From the NCBI GenBank assembly GCA_001600695.1, contig BCKQ01000005.1, positions 717,543-781,542 on the forward strand: a DNA stretch of 64,000 nt. The letters are read 5' to 3'. The notes beneath the pieces were generated by a model that saw only the letters and a program-made list of their open reading frames with translations, was not told the origin of the DNA and ran no database searches. The translations under genes and the position numbers were made by a program. Source of the stretch: Ascoidea asiatica JCM 7603. Lineage: Eukaryota; Fungi; Ascomycota. Position 1 is the first letter of the stretch. Each line of letters begins with the position of its first letter. Below, piece by piece: positions 10,941 through 20,552 of this stretch.

Positions 10941-12587
10941 TTAAGCACACTGTAATACAGACTCTTGAGAGCCTGGCCAATATTTATTAGCTATTCTTGA
11001 AGATTTATTTTGACTTTTAGCAATTTCAGAAGCCTTTAATTGAATTTCTGTTAATGAATCTTCAAAAGAAACTCTTGTTGCTTTATTTGAAAATGTATCC
11101 CAAACTTTTAAGTCACCAGATGAACCACCTATTACTAAATGACCAGCCATTTCAATATCTGGGGCAAAAGATGAAGTTAAAATTTTTTCAATATCTAAAT
11201 TTTTTGATAATACCATAGAAGGTTTATTATCCTTAACTTTCCAAAGTTTTATAACCTTTTCACCAACAGAAGAAGTCATAAGCATATCTTTAGCAAAATA
11301 ATTAACTTGTAAAGAAGAAATTCCAGAATCATGAGCTTGCAAAGACCATAAAGAGGCTCCCTCGTTTCTTGCATCAAAACAGTATACAAAACCATTATCA
11401 GTTCCTGCATATAAATTATTATCTGACCAAAATACATTCTCAATTTCTTCACCCTTTTTGACATTCCATTTTTTAGACATTTGATTTTCATTTTCTATTC
11501 TCAAATCGGAAAGTGCTATTGAACTATCATAACCACCAGTAAGTAATATAGAAGAGCAATTTTCTGAAGATGTATCTGGATTCCATTGAGAAGAAGAAAC
11601 AGTTTTATAAGAATGTAAATTTAAAGATCTTAGAGCCTTAGAAGTTGTTAAATCCCAAATTTTAACAGTATGATCAGCAGAGGTTGAAGCCAATATAGAA
11701 GTATTGAATTTGTTATGAGATAAAGATAAAATGGCATCAATATGATATTGAGTTGAAGGTTGTTTGATTCTTTTTTTTAATTTTTTACCAGGTTTAGTTT
11801 CAGGCACTTGACCTAAAATTAATTGAGGAAATTGATTATTAAGAGAATCTAAATTCCAAATTTCAATTTGTGGATCAAATGTACCAACTGCAATAAAATT
11901 ACTACTAGAAGTATTGAAAGAATGATTTATTCTTTCTAAACAAAGAGGAAATGCAGGTAACATTAAATCATGATGTACATATAAAGAGCTTTCACGGATC
12001 TGACCTTTCAGTATGTGATCATCATTATCATTATCATTTTCAACATCTTTGATATTTGGATTCATTAAGCCAGCTCCATCATCATAGATATAGACATCTA
12101 AAAAGGAAACATCATCTTCAGTTCTTGCACCAATTATCATATTATCAGTGGGATAAATTTGTAATTCTTTTTTCTCTTCTTCAGCTTCTTCTTCTAATTG
12201 TTCCTTGGTTAAAACTACAGAATCCTGAATATCTTCATCTTCATCTTCATTATTATCATCATCATCATTTTCATTATCATCTTCTTCTTCCATATCATCA
12301 GTATCTTTTGGACCGTCTTTAACAAGCTTATTGAAAATATCATCATCATCATCATCGAAGTTTTCAAACCCATATTCTTTTAAATCATCATCAATTTCAA
12401 TATCCATTGATTCACTTTTTGAGTTCTGCTTAGCCTCTTTCTGAGCTTCTTCAAGATCTATTTTGGCATCATTTAGTTGTAATTCGGCTATTTTTGATAT
12501 ACGATCCATTTCATGGTCATCTAAATCATATTGTTGAGGAAATTCACTTGGAACTCCTCTTGGAATCCAACAGGAAGCTGAAAACAT
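10941..12587 (-). CDS. PWP1: Periodic tryptophan WD40 protein
   Basis: MFSASCWIPRG, DDDLKEY, LYVHHDLMLPAFPLC, AVGTFDPQIEIWNLD, WD repeats. Confidence 0.96.
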   Translation of the reverse strand: MFSASCWIPRGVPSEFPQQYDLDDHEMDRISKIAELQLNDAKIDLEEAQKEAKQNSKSESMDIEIDDDLKEYGFENFDDDDDDIFNKLVKDGPKDTDDMEEEDDNENDDDDNNEDEDEDIQDSVVLTKEQLEEEAEEEKKELQIYPTDNMIIGARTEDDVSFLDVYIYDDGAGLMNPNIKDVENDNDNDDHILKGQIRESSLYVHHDLMLPAFPLCLERINHSFNTSSSNFIAVGTFDPQIEIWNLDSLNNQFPQLILGQVPETKPGKKLKKRIKQPSTQYHIDAILSLSHNKFNTSILASTSADHTVKIWDLTTSKALRSLNLHSYKTVSSSQWNPDTSSENCSSILLTGGYDSSIALSDLRIENENQMSKKWNVKKGEEIENVFWSDNNLYAGTDNGFVYCFDARNEGASLWSLQAHDSGISSLQVNYFAKDMLMTSSVGEKVIKLWKVKDNKPSMVLSKNLDIEKILTSSFAPDIEMAGHLVIGGSSGDLKVWDTFSNKATRVSFEDSLTEIQLKASEIAKSQNKSSRIANKYWPGSQESVLQCA

Positions 12588-12702
12588 TTTAAATGGAAAG
12601 AGGAATAATAGAAAAACTGCAAGAAAATAAGTTAAATCAGCAATGAATTTATTTCACAATGATAGAATGGTTTAATAAAAAATCTAAATAAATCAAACCT
12701 GC

Positions 12703-12712
12703 TGAAAATTTT
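12703..12712. promoter_or_regulatory. RRPE element upstream of PWP1
   Basis: TGAAAATTTT about 115 bp upstream of a ribosome-biogenesis gene. Confidence 0.6.
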
Positions 12713-13614
12713 CGCTCCAAATTATTTCCAGTTTCAAATGACAATAATTGTAAAGCAGATCGAGGGAAACTTTCCAAATTTCACTTTCAACGAAAAATGA
12801 AAATAAAAATCTAAAAAATAAAAAAAAAATAATAAAAATAAATCATGCGCCACACTGATTCCATTCCGGGGTTATGCGGCTCTGTCTTGGTGTGGGTGAT
12901 GTGCCAGCACAGTATCACCAACAGCAAGCAATTAACTAACGTTACTCCATTTAGGTACTTCACATAGTAACTACACCCATCTATTTTTGTTCTGGTGGTA
13001 TGAATAAACAAGTAAGTAACGATAATCAATTAATGATTATTTGCTGAAAGAGATTTGGCAAAAATATAAAATACTACTTTTTTGTTGTTCTTCTTCTTCA
13101 TCTTCTTCTTAGGAAACTAATTGTCAATTATCTTAGATCAGAGATCAATCATTTTAGATCACAGATCATAGATAAATTACCAGAGATCTCTACTTCATAA
13201 TCATAAAATACATCGATAAAAGATTCCATGCTGGTGGGCTGCAATTGCTTTCTTTTCATTCCTATTCAATCCATTTACAGAAGTGAACATACAATATACG
13301 GTATTATTGCTGTGCTAATTTATAATTAGTTGGCTTAGGTAAACATTAAACGTTCATAATTTATTTATTATCCACAAAACTGATCAATATCAAAATTAAT
13401 ATCATCATCACTATCACCATTTCTACCTCAATCTTTAAACTCAGCAACAGGATCAAATCAGTATTAATACCAAAATAATATTTACTTGCTTATTATTCGA
13501 ATACTCTTTTAGACATTTATATATTATCTATTGATATTATTATATTCTTGGCCAATTTCTTCAGTTACTTTATTAGTTAGTCAGTTGATAAATCAATCAA
13601 TCAATTATCAAAAA

Positions 13615-16518
13615 ATGTCTTTGAAAATTCCAAACTCAGAGTTCACTCATAGAAGGCGAACAACTACAAATTTCAATGATTTAGATGAAGAATTGATCAT
13701 GTTAGCAAGAAAACCATCTCAATCGAAGAAAAAGCAAAATCAAACTATTAATGTTCTATCTCATATAAAATTACCTGAAATTAAAACTCAAGCTCCTTTG
13801 GATTTTCAATTCAATGAGCATTCAATAAATAATATTCAAGTAAACTCTCCAACTTCTTTATCAAAAGTTTCTTTTGCTCCAGATTCAATTAATTCAAATA
13901 ATCATATTACACCAATTATAAATAATGGCAATATCAACAATAATAATAATCATAACAACCATGCTAATAATATACAAGAAAATCCTATTTTAAATTCTTT
14001 ATCCATTGATACAAATTTAGATAAAAATGATATGAATGTTATGAATAGTATAAAACGTAATCCTAATATAAATGATAATCGTTTTTTAGATTCGAGCTTT
14101 GATTCAAATACAAGTTTCATCTCAACTTCAACTTCATCAAATCATTCTGGAAATACAACCGCTGCAACAACTTCTTCTTCAATAAATTATTCAAGCCCAA
14201 TAAGAAGATCTAAACCACATTTAAGGTCAAATTCAGTGAGTTTCCACTCAAGATCAAGAAGTTTAGCAACTAATATACCTTATGATCCAAATAATACTCA
14301 AATTCATAATAATAATATTGTTAATAATATTAATAATACTGATAATATTAATATTAATAATACAAATCTCAGCAGCCTTGGTGATATTAATAATATGAAT
14401 AGTCTTTCAAAAGATTCTTCTCTCACAATCAATGAAGATGATTCAGAAAAACTTCATCAAACTATTAATAGTAATAATGAGGATAATATCAACACCATCA
14501 ATAATAAGACTGTAGATTCTCTAAAATCTCGTAAATCTTTAAATAATATGAATTCAAATATTTTAAATCTATCTCATTCAAAAGAGAATTTATATAGCAG
14601 TACTTTGAAAAGAAACATTTCTCTAAAATCAAGTTCTAAAAAAGAAATTAAGCTTTCTTCTGTTTCTATTTCTTCATCAATTTCCACTCATCCTCATATT
14701 AATACTTCACCTAATTTGGATACTGAAAGTACAGATGAAATTCATTTACTTAATATAATAACTTATTCTCAAATTCAACACCTTTATCCACATTGTTTAC
14801 CAACTCATATTAATTCTCGTTCTTCTATTTTAAGTTTAGTTAAATACTCAACCGTTTCAACTAATTTGTCTCAACAACCAAATCAACGAAATAGACCAAA
14901 TTCAACACCTTTAAATGCTTCAATAAATCCAATCCTTTCAATTTCCGGTTTAAGAAATCTTTTCATGTTATTATTTTTCATTACAAATATAAAATCTGTT
15001 TATTATTATTTCAAATCTATAAATTTCATTAAATTTTTATATCCTCTACATATATTTCATAATCTAAATTACAATTCTGATTTAAAATCTTTACTTTTTA
15101 TTATGTTTTTATTAACTCCACTAACTTTCACTTTCAGTTATCTTATTGAAAATTTAACTTACTATCTTACTAGAAAAAGATTCAACACTTTAGTATTTAA
15201 AATTTCCTCATTAAAACAATCATCTGAATTAAATTCCTCAACTAATACATTATTATCAATTAATTATCTTTCTTCTTTATCCATAATATTTCATCTATTA
15301 AATGTTATAAATCATTTTATTATCACCAACTTTGTTATATCTGAATATGTTTGGAATCCATTAGTCGGTTCAATAATTGAAATCAGCTCGTTTGTTGTCT
15401 TTTTCAAAGTTATTAGTTATTGCTTAACAAATAATGATTTAAGACAATTATATTTTCGTTCAATTAATGTTGGAAAATATTCAAAATATTTAGATGAATT
15501 AGAAAAGGAAAGACGAAAAGAGCCAATAATTATTAACCCGCTAAAACTATCCGAAGAAATTAATCGTAAAAAAAAGTATAATGGTGCTAATAATAACAAT
15601 TATCTTAATGATAACAATGCATCTTTCAATAATTTAACTAAAGATCCAATAACTGGAAAAATCCAGTTTATTGATTATCAATTACAACCAAGTTTCTATC
15701 AGGAAAATTTTTATCCCAAAAATATTTCGTTTTTCAACTCTTTACCATTTGTTTTCATGCCCACTTTGGTCTATCAACCAGTTTATCCCATGAAAAAGAC
15801 AACTGATTTTCAATATTGTTTAAACAAAATCTATGAGGTTTTAATTGCTTATACTGTTTTATATGTTTTAACATATAGTTATTCTTTACCCTTGTTGAGA
15901 GATTGTATAGTTAATTCTTTTACATTATCTTCAACTACTTCAGTAGATGGTAATCGCGCCATTTCAATTAAATATTTTGATATTGCCGAAGGTCTTATAA
16001 AATTAGGTGATCTATCAATTTTAAGTTGGATAATCATGTACTTTTCATGTTTTCATACCTTTTTGAATTTAATAGGTGAATTGACAGGCTTTGCTGATAG
16101 GGAATTTTATACACAATGGTGGAACTCTTCTTCTATAGATTCCTATTGGAGAAGCTGGAATGTTCTTATCCACAATTTTTTTCATCGTCATATCTATTAT
16201 CCTGTTTTAAATTCAAAGACTGCTCAAAGAAATTGGTCCAAAATCAAAGTAAAACTTATAGCATATATTGTAGGTGGAATTATTCAGGAAATTCTTATTG
16301 GTGTTCCAACTCATACAATTTTAGGAATTGGTTTCATTTGTGTAATTCTTCAATTACCGTTATCAATATTAACCACTCCATTGGAAAATTCCTCTAGAAA
16401 TGGGAGATTTATTGGTAATATTATATTTTGGTTTGGATTTATTATTGGACAACCTTTATGTTTCATGCTATATTATGCTACCTGGAATATCAAATATAGC
16501 AAATTGAGTGGTTTTTAG
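13615..16518 (+). CDS. MBOAT acyltransferase of the DGAT1/ACAT family (closest to fungal DGAT1/Dga2 type), with long Asn/Ser-rich N-terminus and catalytic His replaced by Gln
   Basis: ATG 13615; SGLRNL, YPKNI, PTLVYQPVYP, LN..GELTGFADREFYTQWWNS...YWRSWN..H....HIY, xxQEILIGVPTH, GNIIFWFGFIIGQP. Confidence 0.88.
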   Translation: MSLKIPNSEFTHRRRTTTNFNDLDEELIMLARKPSQSKKKQNQTINVLSHIKLPEIKTQAPLDFQFNEHSINNIQVNSPTSLSKVSFAPDSINSNNHITPIINNGNINNNNNHNNHANNIQENPILNSLSIDTNLDKNDMNVMNSIKRNPNINDNRFLDSSFDSNTSFISTSTSSNHSGNTTAATTSSSINYSSPIRRSKPHLRSNSVSFHSRSRSLATNIPYDPNNTQIHNNNIVNNINNTDNININNTNLSSLGDINNMNSLSKDSSLTINEDDSEKLHQTINSNNEDNINTINNKTVDSLKSRKSLNNMNSNILNLSHSKENLYSSTLKRNISLKSSSKKEIKLSSVSISSSISTHPHINTSPNLDTESTDEIHLLNIITYSQIQHLYPHCLPTHINSRSSILSLVKYSTVSTNLSQQPNQRNRPNSTPLNASINPILSISGLRNLFMLLFFITNIKSVYYYFKSINFIKFLYPLHIFHNLNYNSDLKSLLFIMFLLTPLTFTFSYLIENLTYYLTRKRFNTLVFKISSLKQSSELNSSTNTLLSINYLSSLSIIFHLLNVINHFIITNFVISEYVWNPLVGSIIEISSFVVFFKVISYCLTNNDLRQLYFRSINVGKYSKYLDELEKERRKEPIIINPLKLSEEINRKKKYNGANNNNYLNDNNASFNNLTKDPITGKIQFIDYQLQPSFYQENFYPKNISFFNSLPFVFMPTLVYQPVYPMKKTTDFQYCLNKIYEVLIAYTVLYVLTYSYSLPLLRDCIVNSFTLSSTTSVDGNRAISIKYFDIAEGLIKLGDLSILSWIIMYFSCFHTFLNLIGELTGFADREFYTQWWNSSSIDSYWRSWNVLIHNFFHRHIYYPVLNSKTAQRNWSKIKVKLIAYIVGGIIQEILIGVPTHTILGIGFICVILQLPLSILTTPLENSSRNGRFIGNIIFWFGFIIGQPLCFMLYYATWNIKYSKLSGF

Positions 16519-16743
16519 GATAAAATTTTTTTTAGTTTTCAGTTATAATCCAAAATATATAAAGATGATTTTCTTCATTTCTTGAGGTTTTTAATTCTTT
16601 TTTAGGCATATACTGAGCTTTTTATTTCATTAGAGTTTTTATTATAATTATATACATATTTTTCTACTTTTTATAATATCTGTTACTCCATCAACTTAAA
16701 TACTGCATTAAATCAAAAATCATTTAAACATTAAAAGTGTAGA

Positions 16744-18744
16744 CTAATATGAGTTAATTACTTCAGTGAGATTATTCAAATCTGGGTGAAACCATTCTGT
16801 TTTCAAAACTTTCCACACATCTTTGGCTAAATTTATCGCTCTCTGTTCATCAGAGGCATTTCCTTCAATGTACACCTTTAACTTTGGTTCAGTTCCAGAG
16901 CCTCTACAAGTAAATCTAATATTTTCATCATTATCAATAGCATCAACTGGTTTCAAAAGAGCTGTAATCATCTGCGAGTTAGGATCTACAGGGAGCAAAG
17001 ATTCATTACCTTCAACAGTTTCAAATCCAACTGTAAGATCACGCCAATAAGTAATTTTATATGAGTCATTTTTTCCAATTTTTTCCTCTCCTACTTTAAA
17101 ATTCAAATAATTATAATCAGATCTAATTTTGTCAAATATAATTTTTGTTGTACTTAAGTTTTCTAGTCTATAATAGCCATTGCATTCTTTAAAATATCCA
17201 AATCTTTCATAAATTTGAGTGAGCCTATCCAATAGGGATATATTTTCTTTGGCTAATTCAGTGTATAATTGAAGAAAAACCAAAATAGCAGAAATACCAT
17301 CCTTATCATTTACAAGTCCAAACATAAATCCAATAGCTTCTTCATACGCAAATGGAACAAGATATCCTTTTGAAACAATTTCTAAAGATTTGTTTGCAAT
17401 CCATTTGAATCCAGTTAAAGTTTCTTCATACTGGAAACCAATTTTTTCAGCCATTGCTTTTAAAAGTTGTGAAGATACTGTAGATACTACAAAATAACAT
17501 CTGAAATCAGCAGTTTGTTGCCTAAATAAGAAATCTGCAAATATGGCACCTAACTCATTTCCAGTGAATTGATGAAATCTATCAGTATCCTTAACACGAA
17601 CAGCAGCTGAGAATCTATCAGCATCAGGGTCATTTGCGATAATGACATCAGCACCAATTTCCTTTGCTTTTTCAATAGAAAGAGATAATGCACCTTTTTC
17701 TTCAGGGTTTGGAAAAGAAACTGTAGAAAAATCTGGATCGGGAATTCCTTGTTGGGGAATAACATGAATTTTTAGTTTATCCAAATTTAAAATATCAAAA
17801 ATGCCTTCAGCAACTTCCAAGCCAACCCCATGCATAGGAGTATAAACGACATCAAAATCAAGATTATCTGGGCACCAGTTAGAAAATATTAGCCTTTCCT
17901 CAGACTTTTCATAGTATTTTTCTACAATTTGCTCTTTACATTTGATTAGCATTCCCTCTTGAAGACCTTTACTTATATTTACTTGAACATCAAATGAACT
18001 ATTCCATGGTTTTAAATTTTCACTTATTTTGCTGGAAATAAGTTCATCATTTGGAGGAATTATTTGAGCGCCATTATTCCAATAAACTTTATAGCCATTA
18101 TCTTTTGCGGGATTGTGACTAGCAGTGATCATCACTCCTCCATTAGCTTTCAAAATAGAAATTGCAAAAGAAACAAGTGGAGTTGGAACCAAATCCGAAA
18201 ATAAATCTCTCTGGCTTTCATCTTGCTCTTTGGAGATTAGGTAATAAACTTTGTATCCAGCCAACAAAAAAGTAGAAACAGTAATATCAGCATACTCTTT
18301 AGAATGGTGTCTATGATCATGTCCAACAACAACACAAGGATGCTCTTTATTAGCAAATACATTATCAATAAGCTGCATTGCTAGTCCTTGAGTAGCTTGT
18401 AAAACAGTTATGTGATTCATTCTGTTAAAGCCTGCTTCCATGGAACCACGCAATCCAGCTGTTCCGAATGTTATACGTTTTCCAAGCCTGGCATCTAGCT
18501 CATCGAATTTATCTTGTGATAGAACTTTTCCATCAGAAATTGCATCTTTAAATAAATTCAATATTTCTAGCTTAGAATCAATATTCTTTTTAAATAAAAA
18601 TATAAAGAAATTAGAAGTGAGTTAGTAACCGAAAATAATGACTATTCTACCGAAATTTGCTAACAAGTGGAATATACTTACATTATCAATATCCAACCAT
18701 TCTTTGACTAACGATTCAATACGTTTCACTTCTTCTGAACTCAT
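16744..18744 (-). CDS. PRM15: Phosphoribomutase/phosphoglucomutase (Pgm3), 2 exons: 18744-18682, 18585-16744
   Basis: FGTAGLR, TASHNP (catalytic Ser), DPDADR, R.SGTEPK. Intron 18681-18586 is GTAAGT..TACTAAC..AAG and restores the N-terminus MSSEEVKRIESLVKEWLDIDN/NIDSKLEI. Confidence 0.93.
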
Positions 18745-19096
18745 TACGTGTAAATTTATGAAGGTATATTAAAAAAAAATTATGATAGTAAAAGCTCTCT
18801 TGTCTTCTCTTCTACCTTTATAATTTCCAAAATTTCTTCTCCGAATTAAAATACTAATCAGAGAACTGTCAAAAGCTGGCCCGTCAAACGGGCTCTTTCT
18901 TTGTTTCTAAAGTTAAGTAACAGTCCTGCTTTCAGCGGTGTTTACTATTGGTATTAATTACCAAGATCTTTTACAGTTGTTTCAATTAAAGTACAATAAA
19001 ATCCTTTTTTAAACAAATGTTTAGGAATGTTTTTTATTTATTTATATATATATACTGCTAAAAATTCAATTCTTGAATAACACTCTAGTCTAACTT

Positions 19097-20254
19097 CTAA
19101 GACAAAATGTTATACACGGTCTCTGAGGTATTATTTAATGCTCTTAATTCAGAGACATTTTTATCAATTTTTAATAGAATAGTATTCAAATTTTGAAGAA
19201 CTGGAATCAATTTTTTATCATTATTAGGATCATAATTTAGATTGTCTTCAGAATAACTACTGATATCATTTATTTCACTCTCAATTTCCTCATTTTTGTG
19301 TTTAAAAAAAAAATTTAAATCATCTTTATCTAAATTTAAGTCTATATCATTAGGCGATCCATCCAGATTATCATTCACTATATCATTAAATATTTGAAAT
19401 CCCTTGAAGTCATTTTCATTTACATTTTGATATTCTTTATTTTTTAGCTCCACAGTAAACAAATTCTGTTCTAATTCTTCATATTTTTTTTTTTGTTTTT
19501 CTATTTGCTTATCAATTTCCTTCAAATATATTTCATCATTCTCAACTATTTTTCTTTCTTTGTTAAACTCTTTTTCTAAAATTTCGATTTGTTGAAGATT
19601 TAATGAATAATTTATATCTAAATCAGCCTTTCGTCGTATTAAATAATCAATACTGAAATTTTTCCCAGATAGATTATTTGAATGTGGAACTTGAATTTTT
19701 GACAACCTTTTCATGAAATCTGTAATTATTGATTTTAACAATAACCTTCCTTTTTTTTTAGAACTCTCAGATTTATAAATTTTCAAAGTTGGTTCCATCA
19801 TTAATTGAAAAATATTAATAACCTCATTTTTCATTGATATTGTAAGTGGGTTCCAAAGTTCTTGAGCTATCATTTTAGGAATTTTTCTGCTTATTGTGGA
19901 CATCTTCAAATCATTTGGATCAAATCGTAAGTTCAAATCTGAAATAATATCTTCTAATTCAGGTGGTACTGCATTTGAATCATCCTCGTCGTTTTTTTTG
20001 ATTGACTTGTTTTCATCATCACCATTATTATTACCATCATCATTCTCTTCTGATTCTACATTTTTCTCATTTTCTTGATTTTCCTCAATTCTTGTTTCGA
20101 AATTGTTACTTTTTTCTTGATCGGAAATTTGATCTAAATTGATTTCCTTTTCTTTTTTTTTATTTTGAAGTTTCGATAAATTCTTGTTTTGGCTTTTGGT
20201 TCTAGAAATAACTGATTTACTAGTTTTGCGTACTCTTAATTTCTTAGTAGCCAT
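19097..20254 (-). CDS. CENP-Q family kinetochore protein (Okp1/Fta7-like)
   Basis: Basic/acidic disordered N-terminus, ISRKIP..I...W.PL motif, RLSKIQVP, then coiled coil; resembles fungal CENP-Q. Confidence 0.65.
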   Translation of the reverse strand: MATKKLRVRKTSKSVISRTKSQNKNLSKLQNKKKEKEINLDQISDQEKSNNFETRIEENQENEKNVESEENDDGNNNGDDENKSIKKNDEDDSNAVPPELEDIISDLNLRFDPNDLKMSTISRKIPKMIAQELWNPLTISMKNEVINIFQLMMEPTLKIYKSESSKKKGRLLLKSIITDFMKRLSKIQVPHSNNLSGKNFSIDYLIRRKADLDINYSLNLQQIEILEKEFNKERKIVENDEIYLKEIDKQIEKQKKKYEELEQNLFTVELKNKEYQNVNENDFKGFQIFNDIVNDNLDGSPNDIDLNLDKDDLNFFFKHKNEEIESEINDISSYSEDNLNYDPNNDKKLIPVLQNLNTILLKIDKNVSELRALNNTSETVYNILS

Positions 20255-20552
20255 TCTTGTTATCTTATTTACGGATTTATTTATCTCGATTTTAGTAAAT
20301 CTCTGTTATATATTTCAAAGTGCAACTCTGCTTTTGTTTGGTGATATTTGTTTTGTTTACTTTTGCTATTCGGCAAAAGCTCTCTATGAAGCATTACGGA
20401 AGTGATCGGTTTAGCGTTACCCGTGTAGTGAACTATCAATAAAATGAAGTAACACTAATTACTAACAAAAAAATAAAAATTACAAGCAAAGGACAATTTG
20501 AAAAATAGCACAAAATAAATATATTTTCATAAAAATTATAAACATCACAGAA

